A stretch of 64,000 bases of DNA. Source: Octopus sinensis. Its lineage: Eukaryota. A program made the position numbers and the translations under genes. The DNA is taken from NCBI RefSeq assembly GCF_006345805.1, contig NC_042997.1, positions 4,464,001 to 4,528,000 of the forward strand. Direction: 5' to 3'. Below the pieces are notes generated by a model. It made no database searches, had not been told where the DNA came from, and saw only the letters and a list, made by a program, of their open reading frames with translations. This document shows, one piece after another, positions 11,468 through 24,740 of this stretch (the stretch's first letter is position 1; each line of letters opens with the position of its first letter).

Positions 11468-14433
11468 TATGGGAGGCACTGAGCGTATCCTCTCACTGCG
11501 CCTCTCGACTTCTGGCTCAGTACATCTACTCAGCATCTATGCTCCCACTCTCTACAGCTCAGAGGAGACCAAGGACCAGTTCTACAAAGATCTCAACTGT
11601 GTCATAGAAAATATACCAACGACTGAAAATATCTACCTTCTTGGGAATTTTAACGCTCACGTGGGATCTGAGCATTATTCGTGGCCCATTTGTGTTGGAC
11701 ACTTTGGTATTGGCAACATGAATGACAATGGTCAGAGACTACTCGCATTCTGAACATACCACAACCTGTGCATCACAAACACATTCTTTACCAACAAGCC
11801 ATCCCACAAGGCATCCTGGAGACATCCAAGATCTCACCACTGGCATCAGCTGGATCTCATCATTACACGGAGATCCTTTCTGAATTCTACTGTATTGACC
11901 CGCAGTTACCACAGCGCGGATTGTGACATAGACCACTCACTAATTAGAAGCAGGTTGATGATTCTGCCTAAAAAAGTCCATCGCTCCAAGAAAGTGGGCC
12001 GACCACGCATCAACACCGCAAGAACCTCGGACCCTACACTGCAAAAATGTTTTGCTGCTTCTATCAAGGTTGCCCTCAGTAGCTGCCCATCCTCCTCTGC
12101 TGAAGGTAAGTGGGACTATATCAGGGAAGCCTTGTATACGACATCATTGGATACTTTCGGCATGAGAGAAAGGCAAAACCCAGATTGGTTCAATGCTGGG
12201 CTCTCAGAGCTGGAGCCAGTTATCGAAGCAAAGCGTGCAGCTCTGGTGCAATACAAGAGTGACTCTTCTACAAAGTCACTCGAAGAACTCAGAAAGGCAC
12301 GAAATAAAATCCAACTGACAGCCAGACGCTGTGCAAATAGGCATTGGCAGGAAATCTGTCAGAGTATCCAGTCAGCTGCTGACAGGGGCGACACCCGTGG
12401 GATGTATGCCTGTTTGAAGAAGGCCCTCGGTCCATTCGCAACCAAGTCAGCCCCTCTGAAATCAACTACTGGAGATTTCATCAGGGATCAAGGCAAGCAA
12501 ATGGATAGATGGGTGGAGCACTACCAGGATCTTTACTCACGGGAGACCACAGTGGCTGAGGCTGCAGTCGAGAGCGTCAAAATCTTGCCAGTCATGTGCG
12601 AACTTGACAGTCCGCCATCTATAGCAGAGCTCACCAAGGTTGTTGACTCCCTAGCAAGAAATAAGGCTCCGGGAAAAGACGGCATCCCCTCAGAGATCAT
12701 CAAAGCCGGCAAAAACACCATTCTGCTTCGGCACCTTCATGAGCTTATGTGTCAATGCTGGGAAGAGGGTACAGTCCCTCAGGATATGCAGGATGCTAAC
12801 ATCATTACGCTTTACAAAAACAAAGGTGACCGTGGTGATTGTAACAATTACCGTGGTATATCCCTTCTAAGCACTGTTGGAAAGACCTTTGCCCGCGTTA
12901 TCCTGGCCAGGCTACAACTACATGCTTCTCGAATCTATCCGGAATCGCAGTGTAGCTTTAGAAGAAGCAGATCAACTATCGATATGATATTCTCCATACG
13001 TCAACTTCAGGAGAAGTCCAAAGAGCAGAAAATGCCATTATATGTGGCCTTTATTGATCTAACAAAGGCTTTTGACTCGGTAAGCAGAACAGGCCTCTTC
13101 ATCCTGCTCCAAAAAATCGTATGTCCACCAAAGCTGCTGAGGATCATCAAATCTTTCCATGATGACATGCAAGGCACCATACAGCACAATGGTTCAACAT
13201 CAGCCGCCTTCCAAATAAAAAACGGGGTAAAGCAAGGCTGTGTCCTCGCTCCTACATTGTTTGGCATCTTCTTTTCGCTCTTACTTTCACATGCCTTTCA
13301 GACATCAGATGATGGAATGTTTCTGCACAGTAGAAGTGACGGGAAACTGTTCAATTTCTCGCGCCTGCGTGCCAAGACCAAAATAAGAAACGTTCTGATC
13401 AAGGAGATGTTATTTGCTGATGATGCCGCTCTGGTAACACACACAGAAGAAGCTCTCCAAAGGCTCATTAACTGTTTTGAGCAAGCATGTAACGACTTTG
13501 GCTTAGCTATCGGCCTTAAGAAGACCAACATCACAGGGCCAGGCTACATCGGACATCCCAAATATACATATTGGAGACCACAGATTACAAGAGGTGGAGA
13601 AGTTTTCCTATCTGGGATCTACCGTCACCTACAACCTATCCCTCGACGCTGAGCTCAATATACGCATTGGCAAGGCAGCTGCTGCGATGGCCCAACTCTC
13701 CAAACGGGCTTGGGACAACAATAAGCTGACCAAGACAAGGAAAATGAAGATCTACCAGGCATGTGTACTCAGCACTCTACTGTATGGAAGTGAGACCTGG
13801 ACGCTATACACACGCCAAGAGCGTCGCCTAAATATCTTTCACCTGCGCTGCCTCCGAAAAATCCTCCGCGTCAAATGGCAGAATCATATCTCCAACAAAG
13901 ATGTCCTCAGGCAAGCAGAAATACCAAGCATGTTTGCACTCCTCACACAAAGATGTATGTGATGGCTTGGGCATGATAGCCGTATGAAAGATGGCAGAAT
14001 CCCCAAGGACATACTCTACAGAGAGCTTGCTAGGGGTACTAGGTCTGTGGGTAGACCGATCTTACGTTACAAGGATGTTTGCAAAAGGGAAATGAAGGCC
14101 TGCACATCAATATTAGCGGTTGGGAGGCAGTTGCCGGCAACCGTCGGGAATGGCGATGTACAGTAAAAGAGGGAATACAAAGGAGTGACTGAGAGAGAGA
14201 GGAGAAATGGAAAGAAAGGAAGAGACGTAAACAAGAGACTATGGCACTACAACCAGCCAGGAACAGTCTTCGCTACATTTGTGGAACCTGCCAGCGGGAG
14301 TGTTTGTCCAGGATAGGACTACACAGCCACAGCAGGAAATGTATCAGGACATGAAATATAAAAGCCGGACTAGACTACTTCATGCGCAACTCCATTGTCT
14401 CCCGAGACAGAAAGGATGCCAATCCAATCCAAT
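11468..14433 (+). mobile_element. RTE-clade LINE, 5'-truncated, few disablements
   Basis: APE motifs (SIYAPT, LLGNFNAHVG, LDLII, DCDIDHSL), RT ORF 11895-13652 (KAPGKDGIP, YRGISLL, FIDLTKAFDSV, GVKQGCVLAP, LFADDAAL), LLYGSETW, C-terminal CGTCQRECLSRIGLHSHSRKC, and a 3' stem-loop TGTCTCCCGAGACA with (CCAAT)n tail. Confidence 0.93.
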
Positions 14434-14435
14434 AT

Positions 14436-14598
14436 ATACGACCAGCTTCTTTCCGGTTCTGTCTACCAATCCACTCGCAAGATTTTCGTCGGCCAGAGGA
14501 TATAGTAGAAGACAATTGTCCAAGATGCCACTCAGTGAGAGTGTACCCAAAATAATACGGTCGGGAAGCAAGCTTCTTATCACACACCACGCATGCGG

Positions 14599-14600
<2 letters not shown>
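14436..14600 (-). mobile_element. 5' half of SINE family S1
   Basis: Reverse complement aligns to ~6760-6912. Confidence 0.75.
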
Positions 14601-14681
<81 letters not shown>

Positions 14682-14695
14682 CATATATATATATA

Positions 14696-15937
14696 TAAGG
14701 TTGGCAACTAAGTTTCCGCGGGTTTTTTTCAATTAAAATTTTTTAAATGTATAATAAAAATAACAACTAATTAATCAATAATGTATTCACCTTTGCTGTT
14801 TACAACTTCTTCCCAACCTTCAACAAGATTTTCAATACCATGTTGGTAGAAACCTCACATTTCGACTCGAAAGATTGATACAACAAGCTCTCATTTCCGC
14901 ATGAGTATTGAACAAAACTCCGCGCATAGCATTTGAAAGAGATTGAAAGAGTTGGAAATCTGTTGGTGCTAAATCAGGAGAGCACTGTGGGTGTGGCAGC
15001 ACTTACCAGCCATGCGTTTGAATGGCTTCCTTGGTCATATTGGTGATATGAGGGCGGGCATTGTCGTGAAACAGAACTCCATGCTACCGATTAGGTCTTT
15101 TATTGTGAATAGCCGAGTTCAATCGCTCCATCTTTTGAACATAGAGTGCTGAGTTAACCGTTTGGTTTTGTTCAAGCAATTCGTAATGGATAATCCCTTC
15201 TGAATCCCACCATACGCAAAATATCGTTTTACGCAGATGAAGATCTTGTTTCATGTTCGGTGTCGCTTGTTTACCGGGGCTAAGCCATTCCTTAAGCTGC
15301 TTAATATTGATGTACAAGCGCCATTTTACATTTCCAGTAACGATTCGGTAAAGAAATCGTTGCTCGTGTCCATGAGTTGAGCGGTGACGAGCAAGCAAAC
15401 CATCGGAGATTGTGGCTCGTTGATTTTTCTTGTTGTCACTTAAAGCATGCGGAGCATATGCTCCATACTTCTGAATACCACGTTGGTAGAAATCACACGA
15501 TTTCGACTCGAGTTAAGATAATTCTCTATAATAGTGTGGGAGCATTCCATTTTCTATGCCATTTCCCTTGTCGTTTGACGAGAATTTTGGTACAAAATTT
15601 GGTTTAATCGCTCTTCATCGAACTCAACTGGACGGCCAGAACGAGGTGCATCATTCAGGTCAAAATTTCCATTTTTGAACTTGGCATACCTATCCTAAGC
15701 TGTCCTCTCAGCTATTGCACCCTCTCCATACACAGCAAAGATGTTGCGTGCAGCTTTTTCAGCCTTAGAAACTTGATTAAATGCAAAAAGAAAGAGTTGT
15801 TGAAAATGCTCGTTTTCCTATCTTGACATTCAATTTTAATTGTCTGAAAATAAAGTAACATTAACTAAAATTAACTAGAAAAATATATATATACTTTACG
15901 TTGTTTCATCTTTAAATCGCACCATTAGCTAACCTTA
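14696..15937 (-). mobile_element. Mariner DNA transposon (~1.24 kb), disabled
   Basis: Transposase remnants on the minus strand; ends TAAGGTTGGCAAC and (rc) TAAGGTTAGCTAA match only weakly; length is typical of mariner. Confidence 0.88.
14771..15829 (-). pseudogene. Mariner transposase pseudogene
   Basis: N-terminal HTH region (KAARNIFAVYGEGAI...DAPRSGRP), RIVTGNVKW (TGDEKW-like), CVWWDSEGIIHYELL, C-terminal GEYIID*. Confidence 0.88.
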
Positions 15938-16866
15938 TCTGGAGACTAAAAACGCAACAGAAAGGAATTTACATCTAAATGGCTAATATTGACAAACACC
16001 AAACATTTTGACGGGATTTCACAGGAAATTATCAGATGTAAGGAACATATAATAAGTAGACATGCGGACGTGGTTTTATCTTGTTCTCACAGAATGAAGA
16101 AATCACCCATGGTCTTTGAAAATATATTACAATTGAAGACACCAAATATTCTCCCATAGATAATGATAACGTTCACTATTTCTTTTTATTCTTCCTGTCT
16201 TCCTCTCTGCGCACGCTTGACTGAATACAACACACAATTTTATCTCCCACTCTTTACCTTTACTCTGCCTTTTCTTTAGTTTTCTGTGTTGTTTTCTTTT
16301 TCTTTCTCTTCTCATCTTTCACGTCCACGTGTAAACAACGAGTAAAATTATCCCAGTCAAAGTTCTTGCCTGTATCAATACATTCATGTATCTAGTAGTT
16401 TTTAAGAATTCAATAACATCGTCCTTTAATTGAACTGCGCTTTTTGATTATGTAGAACGATTAATATCCTGAAGTCTAAACAACAAAGAAATCCAATGGA
16501 AACTAATGGAAAAAAGTGCCTGGTGAAGTATGCATGTCAAATTAATGGGCTCCCAAAGGAAATAAGGGCCATAAATATCATAAGGAATACGTAATAATAC
16601 ACTATAGATATATTGAGGTGGTCCCACAAATGCCAAAACATTTGAAATGCATAAATAAAAATAATATATATATATATATATATAGAATCTCCACGAGGTA
16701 TCTCTCGTTATTAATATATACAGTAATGCCATATTTTACGAGAATCAGCTTACCGAGTTTCCCGGTTAGGAGTTTTGTTGTATGATGAATATAAAACGGT
16801 TAAACAGCCCTTTTGAAGAGTAAAATGATATATTCTGCCAGCCCAATACCATATATATATATATAT

Positions 16867-17000
16867 GGCGGTGTGCTGGCAGAACTGTCAGCATGCCAGG
16901 CAAAATGTTAAGCAGCATTTCGTTCGTCTTTATGTTCTGAGCTCAAATTCCACTGTGGCTGTCTTTGTCTTTCGGAGTCGAAAATATAAGTACCAGTCGA
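16867..17000 (+). mobile_element. tRNA-derived SINE family S2 (Meta-domain-like), degenerate
   Basis: GGCGGTGTGCTGGCAGAA head, TTCTGAGCTCAAATTCC B-box-like, TTTCGGAGTCGA...TAAGTACCAG. Confidence 0.7.
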
Positions 17001-17688
17001 TTAAGGTATATTCTAGGTTACGGCTAACTGCATGAAGTATTATAAAGCGTCAATGATCACTAAGCTTTAGGAATCACGTTGTAATCCATTCCAAGAGTAG
17101 CTCTGGGTTCGCTTCACTCGATTAGGAATATTACCAGGAACGTAGATTTCAATGAATTATAAAAAAGATGGAGACAAATATATCATCAAATATTTTGTTT
17201 CCTTTTAACTTTAATATTAAACTTGGTCGTACAGCATAACTATTGGTTACAATGAACGGACGTGTTTGTGCTGCACAGAGCATGTGCAATTGCAAATGCA
17301 ATCCATTAAAATCTTCTATGCACCTTCCTTCAAGGTCCACCAGCAATCATGGCTTGAAGTGAACTAAGTTAATTTACTTATATGTGATTATTTAAAATAA
17401 CCTCATATAAATAGATTAGCAAGTGACGTGATGGAGCATATTTTGAAATCTGATATCGCAATAAAAAATTTAGAACTTGAGAGACCACAAGTTAATACCA
17501 CCACAGAGTAGGAATCAGGGGTTTAATCTATACTGAATTAGGTCAAATCGTATCTAAGTATTCTAACATGGTTTTCTCTACGGTTAAGGGTGATTGAAAT
17601 GAATTTAAGGTGAAATTAATTACGTTCGATATAGTTCAGTCAGTATATATTCTAGTTGGGCATACAAACTCATGTATATATCTATACA

Positions 17689-17763
<75 letters not shown>

Positions 17764-17871
17764 TATGTATGTATTAGGGATAATAACTCCAAACTTACAC
17801 GGAAAATTCAATTTAGTATTAAATCAAATTTCACAATATAAATATATAATTTATAAATTAGAGAATAACGT

Positions 17872-17905
<34 letters not shown>

Positions 17906-17985
17906 TATAATATATAATATATATATTATATATATATATATAATATATATATACATCATACCACATACATACATACATACATATA

Positions 17986-18049
<64 letters not shown>

Positions 18050-18050
<1 letters not shown>

Positions 18051-19456
18051 GCCAGCCTCATCTGGCACCTGTGTCCGTGGCACATAAAAACACCATCCGA
18101 AGACCCGGCGACGTAGTCAGTCCACCTGTGCATACCTTCCTAATTATGACACTTGTGAAGACCTGTTGAGGCAAGTGTGTGACACCTACTTATGACACTT
18201 GTGAAGACCTGTTGAGGCAAGTGTGTGACACTTGTGTAGACCTGTTGAGGCAAGTGAAAATCAAATCAAATCAAATCAAACCAAATCAAAATAGATGAAC
18301 ATCAATGTAATTTGTATCTTTGTGGTACCAGTACCGTTGGCACACAAGAAAACCATCCGAACGTGGCCGTAGCCAGACCGCATCGACTGGCCTCTGTGAC
18401 GTGGGCACATAACAAACACCATCCGATCGTGGCCGTTCGCCAGCCTCATCTGGCACCTGTGTCGGTGGCATATAAAAACACCAACCGAAGACCCGGCAAG
18501 ACTAGTCAGGCCATACCCGTGGCCCCTACTTGGGACGTAGTCAGTCCACCTGTGCATACCTTCCTTCCTTCCTGTGACACTTGTGAAGACCTGTTGAGGC
18601 AAGTGAAAATCAAATCAAATCAAATCAAATCAAAATAGATGAACATCAATGGAATTTGTATCTTTGTGGTACCAGTGCCGGTGGCAACCAAGAAAACCAT
18701 CCGAACGTGGCCGTAGCCAGTACCGCATCGACTGGCCTCCGTGCTGTGGGCACGTAACCAACACCATCCGATCGTGGCCGTTCGCCAGCCTCATCTGGCA
18801 CCTGTGTCGGTGGCACATAAAAACACCATCCGAAGACCCGGCAAGACTAGTTAGGCCATAACCCGTGGCCCCTACCTGGGACGTAGTCAGTCCAACTGTG
18901 CATACCTTCCTTCTTGTGACACTTGTGAAGACCTGTTGAGGCAAGTGAAAATCAAATCAAAACAAATCAAAATAGATGAACATCAATGGAATTTGTATCT
19001 TTGTGGTACCAGTGCCGGTGGCACACAAGAAAATCATCCGAACGTGGCCGTAGCCAGTACCGCATAGACTGGCCTCCGTTGCTTTGGGGACGTAACAAAC
19101 ACCATCCGATCGTGGCCGTCCGCCAGCCTCATCTGGCACCTGTGTCGGTGGCACAAAAAACACCATCCGAGCGTGGCCGTCTGCCAGCCTCGTCTGGCAC
19201 CTGTGTCGGTTGTCACATAAAAACACCATCCGAGCGTGGGCGTTCGCCAGCCTCGTCTGGCAACCTGTGTGGCACACATAAAATCACCCACTACACTCTC
19301 GGAGTGGTTGGCGTTAGGAAGGGCATCCAGCTGTAGAAACACTGCCAGATCTGACTGGCCTGGTGCAGCCTTCGGGCTCCCCAGACCCCAGTTGAACCGT
19401 CCAACCCATGCTAGCATGGAAAACGGACGCTAAATGATGATGATGATGATGATGAT
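18050..19456 (+). mobile_element. Tandem array of ~345-bp units ending in a Ceph-domain/RTE-type 3' end
   Basis: GAAAATCAAATC recurs at 18256, 18605 and 18947; internal ~45-50-bp subrepeats (CACCATCCGA.CGTGGCCGT..GCCAG); Ceph-like domain at 19287-19341; (TGA)n tail. Confidence 0.85.
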
Positions 19457-19469
19457 ATATATGTATGTA

Positions 19470-20820
19470 TGGGGAAAGGAGCCATGGTGGAGTTGATGTA
19501 TATATCCGAGATGACCTCACACCCCAGGTCTTAATGACATACTCAAATTCGGTATGTGACACTTTAATTGTATACATAAGACAACATAATATAGTCATAT
19601 GCAATACATATGGCCTGAAGGTCTCATACTCTCAAGAATGAATCATTGCAAGCAAGTACAAGTAGAGTCCCTGCTCAACCTCACCAATGCCTTATTCATG
19701 GAGCAAGTTGTACTCAAACCAACTAGGGCGAATACAATTCTGGATCACTGCTTCACGAACAATGTGGACATCATTCATGATGTGAAAGTGACACCTACAT
19801 TAGTTTCGGATCACAACATAATAGACCTGTCTATGTTTGGGCCAAAAGTAACCAGAGACATACAGCCTAAAGGAAGCACCCAAAATCTCTCCAATCTGAA
19901 CTTCCACAAAGCAGATTGGAGATCGATCCAAAAAGAGATCCTCAGAGAGGACTGGCCGGAATGTCTCTCCACACCAGACATTAGCATGAGAAAGCAGGCA
20001 AAGAAGCCTGGGTTATAAAAAAATATTAAATCAAACCCAAAGGCTTTCTTTCATTACGCGAAAGAAACAGCCTCAGTGCACTACAAGATAGGACCCATCC
20101 TTCAAAAGGATGGCTCCCTCAGGGACAGTCCAACTATGATCAGTGAGATGCTGAATGACCAGTTCAAAAGTGTCTTTACCACCCCATTGGAACACAGACA
20201 AGTGAACGAACCAGTGGACTTCTTTGCCGCTTCACCTATAACCAGCGAGGCGGTTACAATAGAATGTATTGACATTAGCGAAGAAGATGTCCTACTAGCC
20301 ATAGATGAAGTGGACACAAACTCAATTGCTGGTCCAGATGGTTTCCAAGCAATCCTTCCCAAAGCGTGTAAGCATGCCTTGGCAACATCCCTCAAGATTC
20401 TCTTCCAGAGCTTTCTTGCGAATGGCAAACTGCCAAGCAAGCTGAAGGAGGGAATAACATGGCCAATACATAAAGGGGGAAGTAGAGCAGATGCCAAAAA
20501 CTATAGGCATTCCTCCCTGACTTCACACATCAGCAAAATCATGGAACGGATAGGCAGAACGAAACTAATCGCATTCCATAGTGAGCGGTGTTCCACAGCG
20601 CACTGTCTTGGGACCACTGCTTTTTATAATGGCCCTCTCAGATATGCCCTCAAATGCCCAGATAGCCATTCTGGCTAGCTATGCAGACGATACGAAAGCC
20701 TCGCAGAAAATACAGAACCCCAGCGGTGTTACACACCTGCAGCAGGAGTTGGACTCAATCTACAGATGGGCGGTGCATCAGCATGGCCGCAGCTTTGAGA
20801 GGAAACAAGCAAAAAAAAGA
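19470..20820 (+). mobile_element. CR1-like LINE fragment with internal deletions
   Basis: APE-end motifs (TILDHCFTN, SDHNII), KSNPKAFF, LNDQFKSVF, AGPDGF, SLTSHISKIMERI, SGVPQRTVLGPLLF, SYADDTK. Confidence 0.85.
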
Positions 20821-20866
20821 AATATATATATTCATGTATATATATATATATATATAAATATATATA

Positions 20867-20928
<62 letters not shown>

Positions 20929-20962
20929 TATATTATATATATATATACATAAATATATATTT

Positions 20963-21035
<73 letters not shown>
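20821..21035. repeat. Long imperfect (TA)n microsatellite (one of about 30 TA/TG tracts in the window)
   Basis: Directly visible. Confidence 0.95.
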
Positions 21036-21039
<4 letters not shown>

Positions 21040-21165
21040 CAAGCAGATGTGTTGACGAGCAATCTCAGTTTGTGTGTTCTTAGTAATATAAACTTGCATA
21101 TATATGCATTTTTTCACTATACTTTTCTGGCTTCATATGAGTATTTCCATTTCCATATCATATTA

Positions 21166-21255
<90 letters not shown>

Positions 21256-21939
21256 GTGTTGTGTGTGTGCGTGTGTATTTATGGATGTGTATGTGCACTA
21301 AGATATATGCAAGCCTATAAAGGAATATATTTATGTAGTGAATTTTTTTTTGTATTGGCTACTGTGAATATTTCCTTATATTATATTTTACCATTGTAGA
21401 CGTGCACCATCCTTTAGTATTGATCTTGATGTATAGGTAACGTCATGAATTCACATTTAGGAATGTGACTACGATAATATAACTTAGATAAAAGAAACAC
21501 ACTAAACACCTCAATAACTGCCTTCCAAAACCACCTTGTTTTATAGTTCGTAGCACAAAAATAATATAACTGATACGAAATTATGTGAAGTTTCAAATAT
21601 CCATGGGATCAACAAATTTTCTATAAATGTTTCTCCGAACATTAACCGTCTCAGAATGAAAACTCGCCAAACGCGATTTAATGTCAAAAACAGAATAAGT
21701 GTCTGGCGATTCGACGACTTCGCATATTTCGATAAAGACCTGGTCTACGAAAATGTATTGAGTAAAAAAGTAGTTACATTAGTCTGTATAACTAGGCAAG
21801 AAATGAACAAATGCGTATGCGGGTATATAATGATCCCTACATACATATCCACATCCATCCATCCATCTATATATATATATATATATATACAGAGAGAGAG
21901 AGAGAGAGCCAGAGACAGAGAGGGTGAGTTAGAAAATTA

Positions 21940-23313
21940 GCCAGGCGTTTAGGCTGTCTGAGAGGCATAATCTATTGTGACAGGGTATTCAGCACGTCAA
22001 AGTATAAAGCCACTAATACCTTTTTATTTCTTTCCAGATTATTTCGGAAAACATTCGACACAGTCGTATTCCAGCATGCCTAAAGCAACAAAATTTCTGG
22101 AAATGAAACAAGATACTTACACTGAAAGCGGAAAGCATGAGTAAGAAAAAGATTGCCGAAAATATTCTGTGACGCAGAATGCCAGAGGACAATTTTCTGA
22201 TATAACCTGACTGCCACAACAGGGCTCATACTGGTGGACATCCCAAGGCTACACTAGAAATGGTCATTGTCAGAGCTGTGAAGTTACGCTTCTGTTTCAA
22301 AAATCAAGGCTTCAGCAGGTGTAGGAAGCTCGATTTCCGCCACAGGAAGAGTGATTTTGAACTATGATTTTTCCCTGAAGAAGCAACTAGGACGTCTGTT
22401 ATTGTCCCTTTCACACAAAGATTTTAGATTGGAGCCTACTAGACAGCATCAGATGTAAGATGGTGAATAGATCAAGATTCTGATCTCCAGTGAGCAAAAA
22501 CTGGAATTTGTATGGCGCCGAGGATTATAAGTATTACTGGACAAATAAATATGTAGAAAGTTCTACTTCCCCAAGCAGCAGAACATCGGAGGAAGTCTTG
22601 TGATGTGTGTGTGTGTGTGGGGGGGGTTATATCTTCCAACGGAAAGCTGCCAATTATCATCATGGATGACCGTTTTAATCCTAAACGATACATCAATATG
22701 TTGGACTAGGCTCACATTGACGAAGTAGATAGAAGGCGTAGTGGAGAAAACTTCAGAATTCAAAAGTATAACATTCCTATTCATAAAGCAAAAGCAGTTT
22801 TGGATTTCATCCATGCAATTGTGGTTGAAGTCACGCCATGCCCAGCAACAAATCGCGGATTATAATCCTACAGAGAATGCCTGGGTATATCTCACGAAAT
22901 TTGTGTATGGCGAAGGGAAGCAGCATTTATCTGTTGATAAACTGCAAACGGCATTACAGAAGGCCTGGGAAGAACTGCTATTTGATCTGCTTCAGTTGTT
23001 CATTGGGAGCAGGAAATCACGTGTTTTCGAAGTAATTCAGTCAGGTTGGCAACATACACACTATTGCGGATGCATTGCATGAAAATATCTTTAAAACATA
23101 TCATAAATTCCTCGTTTTGCATATTTTTTACATTATTTAGCCTGACATCGTAGTCTTGAACAGGGGGTTTCTGGCTTTATGCTTTTTGAATTATTATCAA
23201 GTTTATTTTAAATGTTAATAAACTTGAATATTTAACTACCTTTTTCTTTTGTATTTCCTATCTAGGGGCTAGTATCGTGAATGAGGCAGAATATTTCGTG
23301 AAAAAATGGACTG
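21940..23313 (+). mobile_element. Tc1/Tc3-like DD34E transposon remnant (transposase ~22076-23062)
   Basis: MPKATK start; frameshifted motifs resembling FSDEKK-NL-G---Y-YYW, GGS-VM-WG, F--Q-DN--IH, DYNPTENAW, SRVFEVIQ. Probable right end ...GGACTG|TG; left end not found. Confidence 0.8.
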
Positions 23314-24066
23314 TGCTCTGCCTTTTAGTTTTGGATAACAGTTTATATCCACATTTCACAGATTTGTATTGCTTCAAGCACTGCTGATATGTTACTCGCT
23401 TATTGGCTATCATTCTGAAATATCAAACAATATTTTATGAAAAAATTTGACACAAGTATCGTAAAAAAAAATCAATAATTTAGAAGTTACTTCATTAAGA
23501 AAAGTTGACACTACGTGAACCAGGCTAAGATGGAAAATAAGAAATTCATCTAATGACTCTAACGTACTCAAATACTTCTGTATTCATCTCATGGTTCTGA
23601 AGCTTCAAGCGTTGCATCATTACAGAGACACCTGCGGGGATATTGATACATCTTACTGGGTCTGCTATTTACTTTAGTTTTCATGTTTACTCTTCTTATA
23701 ATCATCACACAAACAGCATTAAAAATGATAATATGCCAAGAATTAAAAACATTAATATGTATGGATTCAACGTTCAATACCGTAGGCTACACGGGAAGGT
23801 TTATGAAATTTAAAATATTAGGAGGTGTGTATAAAATAATATATAGAGATGCAGAAACGTAGTCTCTTGGTGTTCAAAAGGTTTATGTATGACTCAAGAG
23901 TGTAGTGTTTATGGAGTTGGGATATTGTACATATATCAAATGCATGTTCAAATTATAATCGATTATTCAAAAACAACACACACACACATACGAATGTATA
24001 TATATATATATATATACACCTGTATGTATGCATGTGCACCGGTATGTATGTATGTGTACCTGTATG

Positions 24067-24116
<50 letters not shown>

Positions 24117-24193
24117 ATACATATATATATATGTGTGTATATATATAAATGTTTGCGAATAAGATAAAAAACCAAGGCTGTATAGATATTAGA

Positions 24194-24242
<49 letters not shown>

Positions 24243-24258
24243 ATATAATATACTTATA

Positions 24259-24698
24259 AAGTATAATAGCCATCTCAATATGGCTATTATACTTACGTTG
24301 TCGAGCGGTTACTGTTAACATCTCGTTCAGAGATTTATTATTGCTTGCAGACAGTTTTTAGGAATCAGTGACGGAAGTTACTAGAAAAACACTTAAGTAT
24401 TTTCATAAATGACTTCCCTTTCATCGTTAACCGGTGATTACCACTCGTTGACAAGAAGCAACTACCTCGAAACTGCCGTCTGTGCGTATCATTTAGGCTT
24501 AAGAGAGAAGGATGACCTCCCTTAGCAAATACTGTAAGGGCACAGATAGTGTGCCAAAAGCCAGCTGGAGACGATGATATCCTGGGGCTAAAAGCTACAG
24601 TAACACCCACCCTTTGTGTTTAGCCATATTGAGATGACCATTAATCTTTACGTTGTCGAGCGGTTACTGTTTACATCTCGTGCAGAGATTTATTGTTG

Positions 24699-24700
<2 letters not shown>
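24259..24700. repeat. ~80-bp direct repeats (24267-24346, 24621-24700) flanking ~275 bp; first copy begins with a 14-bp-stem hairpin
   Basis: TTACGTTGTCGAGCGGTTACTGTT.ACATCTCGT.CAGAGATTTATT.TTGCT occurs twice. Confidence 0.85.

Positions 24701-24734
<34 letters not shown>

Positions 24735-24740
<6 letters not shown>

Noticed and set aside
18928-18990. CTGTTGAG-GCAAGT-GAAA in every tandem unit, as a hammerhead core (retrozyme hypothesis)
   Set aside because: No convincing stem II, stem III or stem I pairing could be built. The motif more likely derives from a LINE 3' region. Only a dimer cleavage assay would revive the idea.
18050-19280. CRISPR-like repeat-spacer array
   Set aside because: The sequence between subrepeats is itself repeated, there are no cas genes, and the context is eukaryotic.
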